Assembly: GCF_006345805.1 (NCBI RefSeq) | Contig: NC_043001.1 | Coordinates: 106,516,001 to 106,580,000 of the forward strand | DNA from: Octopus sinensis | Taxonomy: Eukaryota | Direction of reading: 5' to 3' | Length of the DNA stretch: 64,000 nt | Part shown: positions 13,323 through 25,971 of the stretch, piece after piece | How positions within the stretch are numbered: the first letter of the stretch is position 1 | How the letters are laid out: the number at the start of each line of letters is the position of its first letter | The notes under the pieces: generated by a model | What the model was told of the DNA's origin: nothing | What the model saw: the letters and a program-made list of their open reading frames with translations, nothing else | The model's database searches: none | Made by a program: the position numbers and the translations under genes

Positions 13323-13647
13323 TTAAAGACTCCGCCGGTTACGACGACGAGGGTCCCAGCTGATACGATCAACGGAACAGCTTGCTCGTGAAATTAACGT
13401 GCAAATGGCTGAGCATTCCACAGACACGTGTACCCTTAACGTAGTTCTCGGTGATAATCAGCGTGACACAGAGAGTGACAAGGCTGACCCTTTGAAATAC
13501 AAGTACAACTCATTTTTGCCAGCTGAGTGGACTGGAGCAACGTGAAATAAAGTGTCTTGCTCAAGGACACAACGCGTCGCCGGGAATCGAACTCACAACC
13601 TTACGATCATGAGCCGAATGCCCTAACCACTAAGCCACGCGCCCTCA
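13323..13647 (-). mobile_element. Young full-length family-A SINE nested in an older SINE (13110-13675)
   Basis: Intact A and B boxes; 13-bp TSD CCCGCTCCTTACT (13310-13322 / 13648-13660). Confidence 0.9.
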
Positions 13648-14649
13648 CCCGCTCCTTACTACTCAGCCACGTATATGTATATTCTTAGCTGGTTCAAGTA
13701 ATTTGAACGTGAGTATGCTAATTTCTGTTGCATTTCGCCTTTGGAAGACAACTTCGCTAATCAGACAACATTTGTCAACAATTCTCTTGATTCAGTAAGA
13801 GGAGGGGACTTGAAGACATCGATGTTTTGATCTCCGTGTGTCTCTTCCGTCAAAACAAACCTTGGATCTCTGAAACTAAACAAGCATGGTGCCTCTTGTA
13901 TATAGAATTCAGCAAACAAATTATTTGCCGATGTATGCTGGTATTGCCATCTTCATCTTAAATTTAATATCAAATTACATACCTTTGCATTTATTACATA
14001 AAATGCGCCATATTTCATCTTGGTAGGCTTTTGATTATGTTAGTCTGTTATTGGTAACTTCACACGACAACAAATTCCAACATGTTTTCATAACTAACAG
14101 TTGTTCTGCGATAACAGATCTGGTATATATAAACAGAAAGACGAGACAGCCATCGATATTTCTGTTTGAAATTGACGTTTCTACGAAATTACTTTCGAAG
14201 CCATTTTCACTTAATGTCGGGTTATTATCAGCTGTAAAATACTGTTGTCGAAAGTTACAAAGTACATCCAAAAGCAATTGTTTCCACCCTTATATCATAA
14301 CTATTAGTGTCTCCCCGCCTTTAATAATCATTTCTAATAATGGGTCAGGACCACAAACATTTCAACAAGAACTAATTTCACATTATTGAAACAGTACTTG
14401 ACAGGCGCTACTTAATATATCGACCCCTTCATGATAAAAGATATAATTGACGCCTTGCGAATTGCTGCTTACTTTCATAGTAAATTCATAACAGCAAAAT
14501 CAGAAATCACCCACAACAATAACACTAATAATAACAATAATAATAATAAAATTATGGGGTTTAGTACAGCTTCAGAAAACAGTGTTATTAGGGACAGCTA
14601 GGATACTTAGGTGAGTTCTTGGGGGTACAAACACAGACACAAAGACACA

Positions 14650-14672
14650 CAAACATTTATACATACATACAT

Positions 14673-14717
<45 letters not shown>

Positions 14718-14718
14718 C

Positions 14719-14789
<71 letters not shown>

Positions 14790-14796
14790 TATATAT
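14650..14796. repeat. (TA)n microsatellite
   Basis: Direct reading. Confidence 0.95.
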
Positions 14797-14951
14797 ACGA
14801 AGGGATTCTTTGAGTTTCCGTCTACCAAATCCACTCATAAGGCTTTGGTCGGCCCGAGGCTCTAGAAGACACTTGCCCAAGGTGCCCCGTAGTGGGACTG
14901 AACCCGGAACCATGTGCATGGGAAGCAAACTTCTTACCACACAGCCACGCC
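14797..14951 (-). mobile_element. Family-B SINE head
   Basis: AGGCGTGGCTGTGTGGTAAGAAG...GGTTCAGTCCC head and CCTTGGGCAAGTGTCTTC core. Confidence 0.85.
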
Positions 14952-14989
14952 TGAATATTATTGATAGTGGCCTCGAATCTCCCAGCGAA

Positions 14990-15113
14990 CGACGTTAAGT
15001 GTACGCGTGTCTGTGGAGTGCTCGGCCACTTGCACGTAAATTTCACGAGCAAGCTGTTCCATTGGTCGGATCGACTGGATCCCACGTCGTCGTAACCGAC
15101 GGAGTGCCACGAT
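14990..15113 (+). mobile_element. 5'-truncated family-A SINE tail
   Basis: GTGTCTGTGGAGTGCTC...CGTCGTAACCGACGGAGTGCCAC. Confidence 0.8.
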
Positions 15114-17079
15114 ATATTGTCGCTGTAGTTATTATTCTCGTAACCATTGTTGATAATGTTGGGGTTGTTGTTGATCAGATTTTTTTGTTATTGTTGTGGA
15201 ATGTTCTTACTGTTGAGGTCCCTGTGGGTATTTTTCTTTTTTTGCAGTTATTGTCGGCCTCATTATTGATTCGTATGTTTGGCCATACCTTGGCAAGGAT
15301 TGAGTGCCTTCGTGCTGCAAAGGCGGTCACTACTTTTCCCTGCCCCACTTGTCATTCGATTTTTCTACAGATTTTATTCCCTAGTACTTTTTGTGTTTTA
15401 TTGTTGGTCTGGTCTTGACATTTTCATCCATCGGATGATCGGATGGCATGTGTTACGGTGTACTCGAGTCAGTGTGAAAGTTGATATTCTTTTGGTAGAG
15501 GCACTGGGTCGTATAATCCTTTGTGAGTCTCTGTTGTAGAAATGGATGTTACTGCTTGTAACATCTGGAGATCTTCTTGTCCAGTTGTCGTTGAAATCGT
15601 TGCTGTGAATAGGATCGTAGTTGCCAAAATGTTGTTAGTATTGGCGGAAGTAGCCACTAGGCATTTGTTTCTTTTCCATGTCCCAGAAAACCCGCTGCTT
15701 CATATTTTCGAGACTGTAGAATTTTGACTCATAGTCTTCGATCGTCACCAACATCTGCTTATTATTCTTACGCAAAACCGAGCTATTTGTGTATATCGAA
15801 AAACCGACGTTGCAACAAACGTCTCAATTTCGTGATGTCTCCATTTTGCTCAGCTAGGAAGTAGAACTTGATTTTGCTTCTCTAGAATTCTTCTTATCTT
15901 CACTCATAGTCCCAGACATTTCTAATATACATCGATCATAGCAAATTCCTGATATGATTGCTGACATAATTCGAGCTTCCTTCTCAATGTTACAAATGTC
16001 CACCATCATCTCAAGATATTTCTTAGTAGTTACTCAATGATAAGCTATACCAATTGCATGTACTTCTCGGTTTACACTGGACTGGGATATTTCTCATTCT
16101 CGTTAATGTAGTGAAGCGTTCGTTTTTAGTTGTTATTCATCATGTTGGCTGGAAATATCAGAATAGAGCAGATAGTGACAATGTATTATTTCGCAGATTC
16201 TTTTTTGTCTTTGAGTGAATGCTACACTTAATGACTGGTTGTAAGGACTGACAATAAATTATTCTTTGCGATATCATCATTGTTGTTATTTTGTCAATTC
16301 TGTACTTAGTGCTGTTGTATTTATTAAACAGGTGTTTTGTTGCTGCGCTGCTGTTACTATTACTGCAAACGGTGATGCAGATTTCTGTAATATCTGCATA
16401 TAATTAGTGTAATGAAAATATAGTAACTATGACGTCAATGTATTGGCTGGTATATATTAGCTGCAGTGAAATTGCTGCTATCATGAGGCAGTTGGCCTTT
16501 GTAAATAGAGTTGAATATTTCTTCTTTTTCCGTTCGTGTTCACATTCTCCATCACCTCATGCTTTCATTTTTTCCTCTTCGGGCAAATCATTAAGATGAC
16601 ATTATTCGATTCCATATTTTAATTTAAATCTTTCATGAAAAATAATGAATATTTTCTGGACAACAATGACCCATTGAATAGTTTTTCCTGTTGAAGGCTG
16701 ACATAGTTGAAAACAAGACACACTTCTATTCCGTCACTTATTTCCTCTACGAAATTGTCAACAGAAATTAATATTTACGAAACCCTGTTGATGCATCAAC
16801 GATAATGAGAAGCAGATCGCTCAGAGCCACTAGAATCACTATTGCTCAGTGATGACTACTACTACCACTACTACTACTACAACTAGTAATGATGATGATG
16901 ATGATGATAATTGCAACGACGATAGTAACTATACGAGGAGAATGATAATAATAGTTCCCTACTTACTAAGAATTGGTAGAACCACTGAAGACAGTGAGGG
17001 ATTATGTGAAAGCATCAACAAGGAAATACAAAGAACACAAAAATTCTAAGAAAATTTCTCCAAAAGGAGAAAATTATCC

Positions 17080-18130
17080 AAAAAGAAGATCTTTGGATGT
17101 TACTTGCGGAAGGACCTCGAAACCGTGGTCACTCTGACCACTAAGTCAACTGTCCTCTCCCAGTCGTCCTTGTACAAACTACAAGCCCATGTTCAGAGCA
17201 GGTCCGTTCAGTCGGACCGCTCTCACTCCTCTCATCCCTTTTCAACATATTTCCTACAAAGTAGTACTTCACTCTCGATCCTCAATTTTTTTAAAACTGG
17301 AACTTGGAAAATTTGAAGATGGTTTGGCCAAAGACAAATGGCGACCACACTTATTCACTGCCAAGTAATTACTGGAGATGTAACTGCCTCAGTGCAAAAG
17401 TGCACATATCAGCCACGGTGTGCCAAGTCCTCCACTCAGCGTTTGTTTGCTGTAAATGAAGCGCCTGGCCAGTGAAACGCATTATTTCCGCAAGAAACAG
17501 AATAACAGACACTCCAGTCTGGTCGGAACAGAATTGAAGCGAGACTCGATATTCAAGCGGTAGAAATTACAGGAGCAAGGTACATCTTCCGATGTTTTAC
17601 ACAGAGCTTCTGGTCTCTAATTAACACACTATAATGCTGTACGACGACTTGGATCTGCCTTTCCAGATGCTGAGCTACAAATCCACCAGTATTTCCTGAC
17701 TGATTTTGGTTCTTGTTTCTATCTCGCAGTCCCTTAAAGAGGTACTGATCATCTTGATTTCCCTGTTAGCCGACGCTAAGCTTGTGGTGTCTGCATAAGC
17801 CGACTTGGATCATTATCATCCTACTTCAAGCTGGATACTCTTAAATGCCTCTAGTTTCACCATTTTGGTTCGGGAGTCAGCTCATTCAGAAGAGAAGAAA
17901 GGGAACAAGTCTGACGGATCAAGCGCATGATATTCAAAGGCTTCGTTTGGTAGTCATTTACCCTTACAACCGAACAGATGTTGCTATACATTGCTGCGAT
18001 CCAACTGCAGAAGACTGGATGGAACTTGGCTGCCTCCATTCCAGCCACTCAATATTAATAATTGACTCTATCGGAAGTTTCCAGGGGATCTAAATTTGTT
18101 GGGGTCTCAGTCATACCAGGTACCTTTGAG
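17080..18130 (-). pseudogene. L1/Tx1-clade LINE reverse transcriptase remnant
   Basis: Broken frames give LD....SDRV...Y, F.PVFCSWIAAMYSNICSVVRVN, IRQTCSLS.LL..LT.EP, SAYAD, LE.LLF.FL.K, GGLGTPWL and VWSPFV; multiple stops and frameshifts. Confidence 0.85.
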
Positions 18131-19095
18131 CTAACTAATTTACAAAGAATCTCATTGTGAAAACAAAAATTTTCAATGTTCATAGACGGATTGAAACATG
18201 TTTAAATAAGGCAATGCAGACAAGGAGGTTGTGAAACTGCAATCCTGTTTGTGACATTTTTCTATTTGAAAAATATTCAAGAGATAACATTTTTATTATT
18301 TTATTCGACACACTCACATATGAAACATTGTTCTCAATGACGAACTTTGTCAATCCTAACTATATGAATAACCTTAATGAGGTGCTTACATAACTCACAC
18401 AACGACTAAATACAATGATTATATAATGAATATGTCATCCCTAGCGCAGCTGCAAAAGTGTTACCGAGAGCGAATGCATATTTTCCTTTGATATTTGTTT
18501 TATAAATGTCCATAGTTCTTGTATATTATCATTAAGGTACAATATATAATTTTTAAGAATGGTATTCTGGCTATTGTTTTGTTTAAATTCATTGATGTTA
18601 ATTACTTTCATTTTTCGTATATAGTACAAAACAATTTATAATTGGTATTTTTCAATTGCATTTTAAAAGCCATTGGACATGTATAATTGTTTAAACATAT
18701 TTTCTAAAATGTTTCCAATTATTTCAATTTCTCTGTAGTACTTTTGTTAATAGTGAACAACAGATACTTGGAAAAAAGATTCAAAATTCCTTTTTCTTGA
18801 AAACGAAGATGCATTTTCTTTTTTATTCATTATATCTGTTTTATGTTTTATATAGAAAATATGCGATTCCTAAACTTACCCACTTCAAACAATTCCGTAG
18901 TTATTAATTATCTAAACAGATGTCTTTAAAATACTTTTAAGCGACTTGTTCTGTTTACTTATAAAATATTTTTTTTTAAATAATAAATCTCTGAGCGGAG
19001 TTATAAACAGTAGCTGCACGACAATGTGAAGTTTCTGCGTATCGTCACTGGAAAAAGGATATATATATATTTCCATTGGGAACCACATCACATCG

Positions 19096-19170
19096 ACAAC
19101 CGGTGATTGTCACACGCTGATGACGGGTCAATATCCAGAAACTCCAGTCCGTGTGTATCATGTCAGGTTG
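19096..19170 (+). ncRNA. Type I hammerhead ribozyme (orphan)
   Basis: CACACG-CUGAUGA-CGG(GUCAAUAU)CCA-GAAACU-CC-AGUC^CGUGUG. Perfect 6-bp stem I extended by UGAU/AUCA and CAACC/GGUUG; GUC triplet 19147-19149; stem II weak (C.A mismatch at its base). Confidence 0.7.
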
Positions 19171-19847
19171 AAGATGGGAAGGATGGCTTCTCTTTACAAA
19201 TACTGATAGGGCACAGAAAGTGCGTCAATATCCAGCAGGAGAATGTGTCCTCTGGGGCTACAGACTACAGTAGCATCAACCCTTAAGGGTTAGCCACATT
19301 TAGGTGGCATATTTTCTTCACAGTTTTCAAAAATTAGAAATATAAATGAGAATCTACCATGATACGTGAAAGATTTTTAACATATTGCCCATGTAAGCAC
19401 AACTTTTAAAAATGTTTACTACCTTGGTCGAGTGGGACCGTTCCCTTCCGAACTCTTCGCATCAAATTACGATTATATCGGAATTTGATGTGAAAATGGA
19501 AATGGTGAGCACGCACATATACATACTGACACATCTAAGTTTATTTTCGAAATGTCAAATTTCCTTCTGTTGATATATGTGATAACGTATCAGTATGTAT
19601 ATTTGCGAGACCATCATTTTGTTTCGTTATCAAAATGAGATGAAATCGAAATCTGCACTATTTGAATGCTATTTGCAGAAAATGTCATCGAAGAATATTC
19701 ATTTTTATACGAGGAAAGCCGACTCGTATGAATTTTCAGAAACTCTTCTCCCTATACACAGAAAAATACTTTCACAACAAATTCCCATATCATTCGAATC
19801 TGCATCATCTGAAGCGTATTCTTAGAAACTTTCATTAAAAATGATCT

Positions 19848-19993
19848 TTTTTTTCTGGAAGTTATGAGGAAATAAAATCGGGGTAGTGCACACTTGTATA
19901 GGGGTGCCCTCTATTCTTTGCAAAGAATAGAGGGCACTCCTATACAAGTGTGCACTACCCCGATTTTATTTCCTCATAACTTCCAGAAAAAAA
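19848..19993. repeat. 146-bp spacer-less palindrome
   Basis: 73-bp arms centred on 19920/19921 (CTTTG|CAAAG), one mismatch. Confidence 0.95.
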
Positions 19994-20574
19994 GCGACGT
20001 GGATAGGATAATAATTTTCAACTCGTCAATGGAAGGCCATTTTTCCTCATATAGTTATATATACTGTTAAGTTAATATGTTACAAAAATGGATTAATTCT
20101 ATTCTTTTCGTATACCTAGTAACAAACTTTTTCTTTCTTTTGTTCTCTTTTCATTTTCTGTTACGAATACAATTTCTCTACCTTTGAACCACTTCTGCCT
20201 TGATCTCATGGCTTCATGTTTTGTTTAATTTGGAACACTGAATTATATAAGAGCATTATATTCTGCACGGCTTTAATGTATGAGAATCTCACCAAAACAG
20301 CGTGTCAGCACCTGTACACACGTAACAATTAGCTCTCAACTAATTGCACACTGGATACTGAGCACCGCTTTGCATCATTGGGTCTTCATAATTTTCTGTT
20401 CCTTTCATCTTTGAACAAACAGAAATGTAATGAAAGAATGAAATGTTGTGGATACAGATAGGAAGAGAGATGGAGAGCAGATAGAGTGTAAACGACATAG
20501 ACTGACAAACAGACAGCTGGATGGATGGGTAGATGGGTGGATAGATGGATGGATAGACAGATAGAGAGACAGAC

Positions 20575-20700
<126 letters not shown>

Positions 20701-21673
20701 ATGGTCGATCGATTGATGAATGATTGATTGATAAATAGTTGCTGAAATCACTTGTGTAGATATAGATCTGCAAATCATGTGTAATACAAAACCTTGAAGG
20801 TATTTGATATTGATTTCGCTTAATGCCTTGCATCATAAATTTTAAGTTTAATTAACAGATATCCTATATTTGCAAGAACGAAAGATAACATTTTACAAAT
20901 TCGACAGTTATTTAACGCTATTAACTACTGCTAAAACCATTTACTTCTCTGAATGCTTGTCTTTCTAAAGGCGCAGATTTGATTAAGCATTTGTGTTTTT
21001 GTCTTTTAATTCGTTTTATTTTGCCAGTCTTTTTTTTCATTCAGCATTAAAATTTTCGAATTTTCTCGATCAATATCGCTCTAATGATTTAACAGTTTAA
21101 ATTAAAAACGACGACTGAATAGGAATCACATGTTCATCGGATGTAGCTGGATTGAAAATCAATCGATAATGTTCACACAAAAGACGTCGTTAACAACAAA
21201 GAATCACGGAAACATAAATATAATTCTTAACCATGTATCATTATTCGCTTTACACACGCAAAAACTGACATATACAGAAAGAGAATCGCAGAGAGAAAGT
21301 AAAAATGAGAGGCACATAATTATCCTTAAACAATGTTATCTTGCTGGACTTCACACTGAGTATTAGCAATTCTTCATCGCACATTTCTTATTTTGAGATT
21401 AAGTATTGCAAGAGAAAAATGTGATTGATCAAAATGGCGAATTTCTTCGAGGTTCTGTTTTCTAATCTGTTTTGATTGATTTATTCCGTGGTCATCTTGG
21501 TGTGTTTGGGATTGTTATTATATACCCGCGAGACATAGTACTACTCCATATCCCCGTGATATAGTGTTATTACATATCCGCGTGCTATAATGGTGAGGAA
21601 TATTCGATAAGCGCTGCATTCGACAGATTAATTTAAACGCTAAAGGCTTACCTGTTTAGCTTTTAAATATATA

Positions 21674-21732
<59 letters not shown>

Positions 21733-21922
21733 AAATGGATAAATGAATTATCTTGTTAAGGATTATTCAAAATTTAACCGATACCTGGGTAGCAAAAATC
21801 ACAACAGAAAAAACACGGTTAGAGTTACGACCTTGGGGTGTCGCAACCGTGCCTTAGCGCGGATAATTGAAGTTTAATATATTTAGTGAAGGGAAGAAAT
21901 GGAGCTGAGCGAAGATTCTACA

Positions 21923-21974
<52 letters not shown>

Positions 21975-21978
<4 letters not shown>

Positions 21979-22207
21979 TAAAAGAAATAAGGTCCTCAGA
22001 AATCTGGATGGTTTTATATTTACAGATTTTTATTAATATGTCACATGTTTTTATAAATCATATATTAGCGCTTGCGTCCATTCTAGGAGATTCTACTAGA
22101 GTAGATGCAAGCGCTAATTTATGATTTATAAAAACATGTGACGTATTAATAAAAATCTGTAAATGTAAAACCATCCAGATTTCTGAGTACCTTATTTCTT
22201 CTAATAT
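21975..22207. repeat. Fold-back element with ~112-bp arms and ~9-bp spacer, between (TA)n tracts
   Basis: AAGAAATAAGGT(C/A)CTCAGAAATCTGGATGG...TAGCGCTTGC mirrored, with about 7-8 mismatches. Confidence 0.9.
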
Positions 22208-22239
22208 ATAATACCTGTGCATCACCTCCAAACCTTCTA

Positions 22240-22300
<61 letters not shown>

Positions 22301-22439
22301 ACGTATGTATGTATTATGTATGTGTTAAAGAAAGCAAAAAATAAAACAAAAGTAACAGTGTTCAGTTGTTGGTTCAGCATACTAACCACAAGAGTTTTAT
22401 CCAGGGAAGTTGTACATCTACTCCCGCTTTCTCTCACAT

Positions 22440-22483
<44 letters not shown>

Positions 22484-22774
22484 CCTCCTATAATTATTAC
22501 TCTCACTGTTGCCATCAGTACTACTACTTTTAGTAAAACATCAACTCTCCCTAAATTTATTTGTCTCTCTTTCCCTCCCTCTCTCCCTCTCCCTCTCTCT
22601 CTCTGTCTTCCCTACCGCCCTCGCCGTCTCTACACCTACTATTACTCTCACCCCAGCACGAGGAAGTGTCATTGAATAGTGAGAGAGAGGGTCAAAGTGT
22701 GACACACTGACACACAAAAATTAGTTTTCGCATTTATTATATTAGATATATACACACATTGTATGTACCTATAT

Positions 22775-22878
22775 ATGTGTGTGTGTATGTATGTATGTAT
22801 GTAAGTATGTATGTATGTATGTATGTATGTATGTATGTATGTATGTATGTATGTATGTATGCATGTATGTATGTATGC
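22775..22878. repeat. (TATG)n microsatellite
   Basis: Direct reading. Confidence 0.95.
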
Positions 22879-25397
22879 ATGTATTGGTCTTTAAAATAGA
22901 ATCTCAACACTACTGTAGCAGATATGTTACAAAGAGAATATCAGAGAAACTGCAATCGGCTCAAGGATAATAGATATGCAGAAAACAACAGCAGTGTGAT
23001 AATAAAAATATTTAGTCTCTGGAAAACAAAATTTATTGTGGTGAATATTAAAAGAAATGTTAATACAGAACAAATGAATTTTCCCTACACTGCACTATGT
23101 CACTGGTCATTCATACACTTCAATGCCAAATGTCCCTAAACTTCCAGTTATAAATAGGGGCCATGTGGTGATGCTGTTCGTCAACGGAATCGGACGAATC
23201 ATTATCTATGCATATTGTTTGAGTTTGTCGTTAGCCTGAGGGGCCGAGTTCACATACTATGAGTGCAGCTTCCAGAGGTTGGCTTGAATTGAAAGTAAGA
23301 AGTGAAACTGAGACTTCAGTTGTTTACACGAGGCAGAAAGTGAGAGAGAGGGAGAGAGAAAGAGAGAAATATATTTACAATGAAACGACGATTGTCAAAT
23401 GTTTCCTCGTCCATTTTGTTAAGATTTACGATCAACAATATTAAAAATAATCCGGATCTTTTCTCTTTGACCGACAGATTTTTAAAATAATTTCTTTGTA
23501 ACTAAACACTTTTAAACTTCGTATACTGGTAGTGTGTTACATAAAATATCTTTTCCTCCTGGCTTTCTGGAGAAAATTATGTAGATTGTAAGCTATTTGT
23601 TGTTTAATTGCTTGCATTTCGGCAATTTCAACCAATCAAAGACGTCTATTGAGATGAATACAATTTCTGCCGTAACATTTTCTGGCGGTGTCATGTCAAT
23701 GTGTCACTGTTATTTATGAAAAAAAAGATACCCTGTGGCCATAATCTAAAAACAATATTTAATTGTAGTCTGTTACAAGAATTTCTTTTATGTTTATGAA
23801 CCGTTATAGTCATGATGGGACGAGGGGTATAAACAGCAAGCAAAAGCATAGGCCTTGCATTAAGTAATACCATCTTTCATATGAATTGTTTGTAGAAAGT
23901 GACAGAATTATATATATATATATATATAATATCACCTAATGATGCTAAATTTCTGTCTATGAGCTAGAGATGGAGATAGCTGTCAAGTTATGGATATATT
24001 CTATCCTATCACAATAAGCTAATTTAAGACCAGAACAAAGAAAATACGGAAATAGCCTGTCGGTACTAATTTCTGCAGAAAAAGTAATTAAATGAACACA
24101 TGAGAAAAACAGAAAAATTCAGCTGACAAACATTATTACGTTCATTAGAAAAATAATTTGAAGTTATTTTGTTAGGAGAAAAAAATAAGTGAGACTGCAA
24201 ACTCAACTGATATTTACCAAACTTTTGGAGAACAATAACAAATCTTTTTGTCTGACTGGGAATAAACCAGAAAATTACTATTTTCAGATATTTAATTTTT
24301 TATATATATATAACAGAAATTAATCCTCTCGGTCAATTTGTTCTTTTTTTTTTTTTCGTCAGTAAATAAAAGTAAATATATATTATTTTCAATTTTCAAT
24401 TTGCTGTGAACAATTCAAAAATAAACTAGATTTGCTCCGGGCAACTCATATATCAATATTAACATATTTTAATTGTGATATGTAATCACACGCAGCTGTT
24501 TGCTATTTTGAATGTTGCAAGCGGATAGTATTTTCTTGTTTAGCGCTTCCATCCAATTCCTTGACTACAATGTTCATCTTTTCCCTCCACAACTTACTTA
24601 ACACCTGTGATTGAGCCACGAAGATTTCAGATACTTAGTTGGCTCACCTTTTTTATTTACGTGTTTTATTTATCGCTGATTTATATATTTGTTTTGATTT
24701 TCCTTTTTTATTTATATTTTTCATTTGTATTTTTCTGTTTGCATTTTACAACACGACATGATTAAATTAAACAGAATACACTATATGCTAAATAGATAAA
24801 TATTTAAAATATACAAAAATATATCCAGATTTCGAAAATTAATTTCGATTTACTAAATGCAGTTTGGACTTGAAGCCTATTAGAAATAATACTTTGTGAG
24901 CTTCGTTTAGTCTTACTCAAATATCATTATGATGGTGATTCAAGTGAAATCCTAACTTAAGATTAGAACCAAGTTAAATATTCGGATCAAGCAAGCCAGA
25001 CACACTCTACTATGTTCGCCAAATCAGTTGCTGAAAATTAATTATTAGTGACAACGGCCGCTTAAAATACTTATAAGGTACTTATAATAGATTCCAGAGT
25101 CGTCTTCTGTGGCTCACTACGTTGTCTAATGGTGCCATAGTTGCGATCCCGGTCGGAGTTAATGTCAGTTTATATCTCTTAGACATGACCTGAAAGGTGA
25201 ACCAACAGTATTTCGGTCTTCTATAGCTATATATTCATTCGGTTTATTCTTGAACTATCACTTCTCATTGTTATAATCTATCGAATGGGTAATGGCAATG
25301 TGTAACCATAAAGAAATATAGTTATACAAAATGTAGCAATAAATAAAACGCTCTTGATGAGTACTTCATCTTTGGAATTCTAAAGTAGGCCCAACAT

Positions 25398-25971
25398 TAT
25401 AATCCTTTCTACTCTAGGCACAAGGCCTGAAATTTGGGTGATTACATCGATTCCAGTACTCAACTGGTACTTAATTTATCGACCCTGAAAGGATAAAAGG
25501 CAAAGTTGACCTCGATGGAATTTGAACTCAGAACGTAGCAGCAGACGAAATACTTATTTATTTACTACCCACAAGGGGCTAAACACAGAGAGGACAAACA
25601 AGGACAGACAAACGGATTAAGTCGATTATATCGACCCCAGTGCGTAACTGGTACTTATTTAATGGACCCCGAAAGGATGAAAGGCAAAGTCGACCTCGGC
25701 GGAATTTGAACTCAGAACGTAGCGGCAGTCGAAATACCTATTTCTTTATTACCCACAAGGGGCTAAACACAGAGGGGACAAACAAGGACAGACGTAGGTA
25801 TTAAGACGATTACATCGACCCCAGTGCGTAACTGGTACTTAATTTATCGACCCCGAAAGAATGAAAGGCAAAGTCGACCTCGGCGGAATTTGAACTCAGA
25901 ACGTAGCGGCAGACGAAATACCGCTAAGCATTTCGCCCGGCGTGCTAACGTTTCTGCCAGCTCACCGCCTT
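25398..25971 (-). mobile_element. Family-C SINE with tandem ~184-bp [B box-core-tail] modules
   Basis: Single head AAGGCGGTGAGCTGGCAGAAACG at the right end; ACAAGGGGCTAAACACAGAG recurs at 25571 and 25755. Confidence 0.85.

Noticed and set aside
25400-25970. CRISPR-like or satellite array
   Set aside because: Eukaryotic context; the repeats are SINE modules with no unique spacers.
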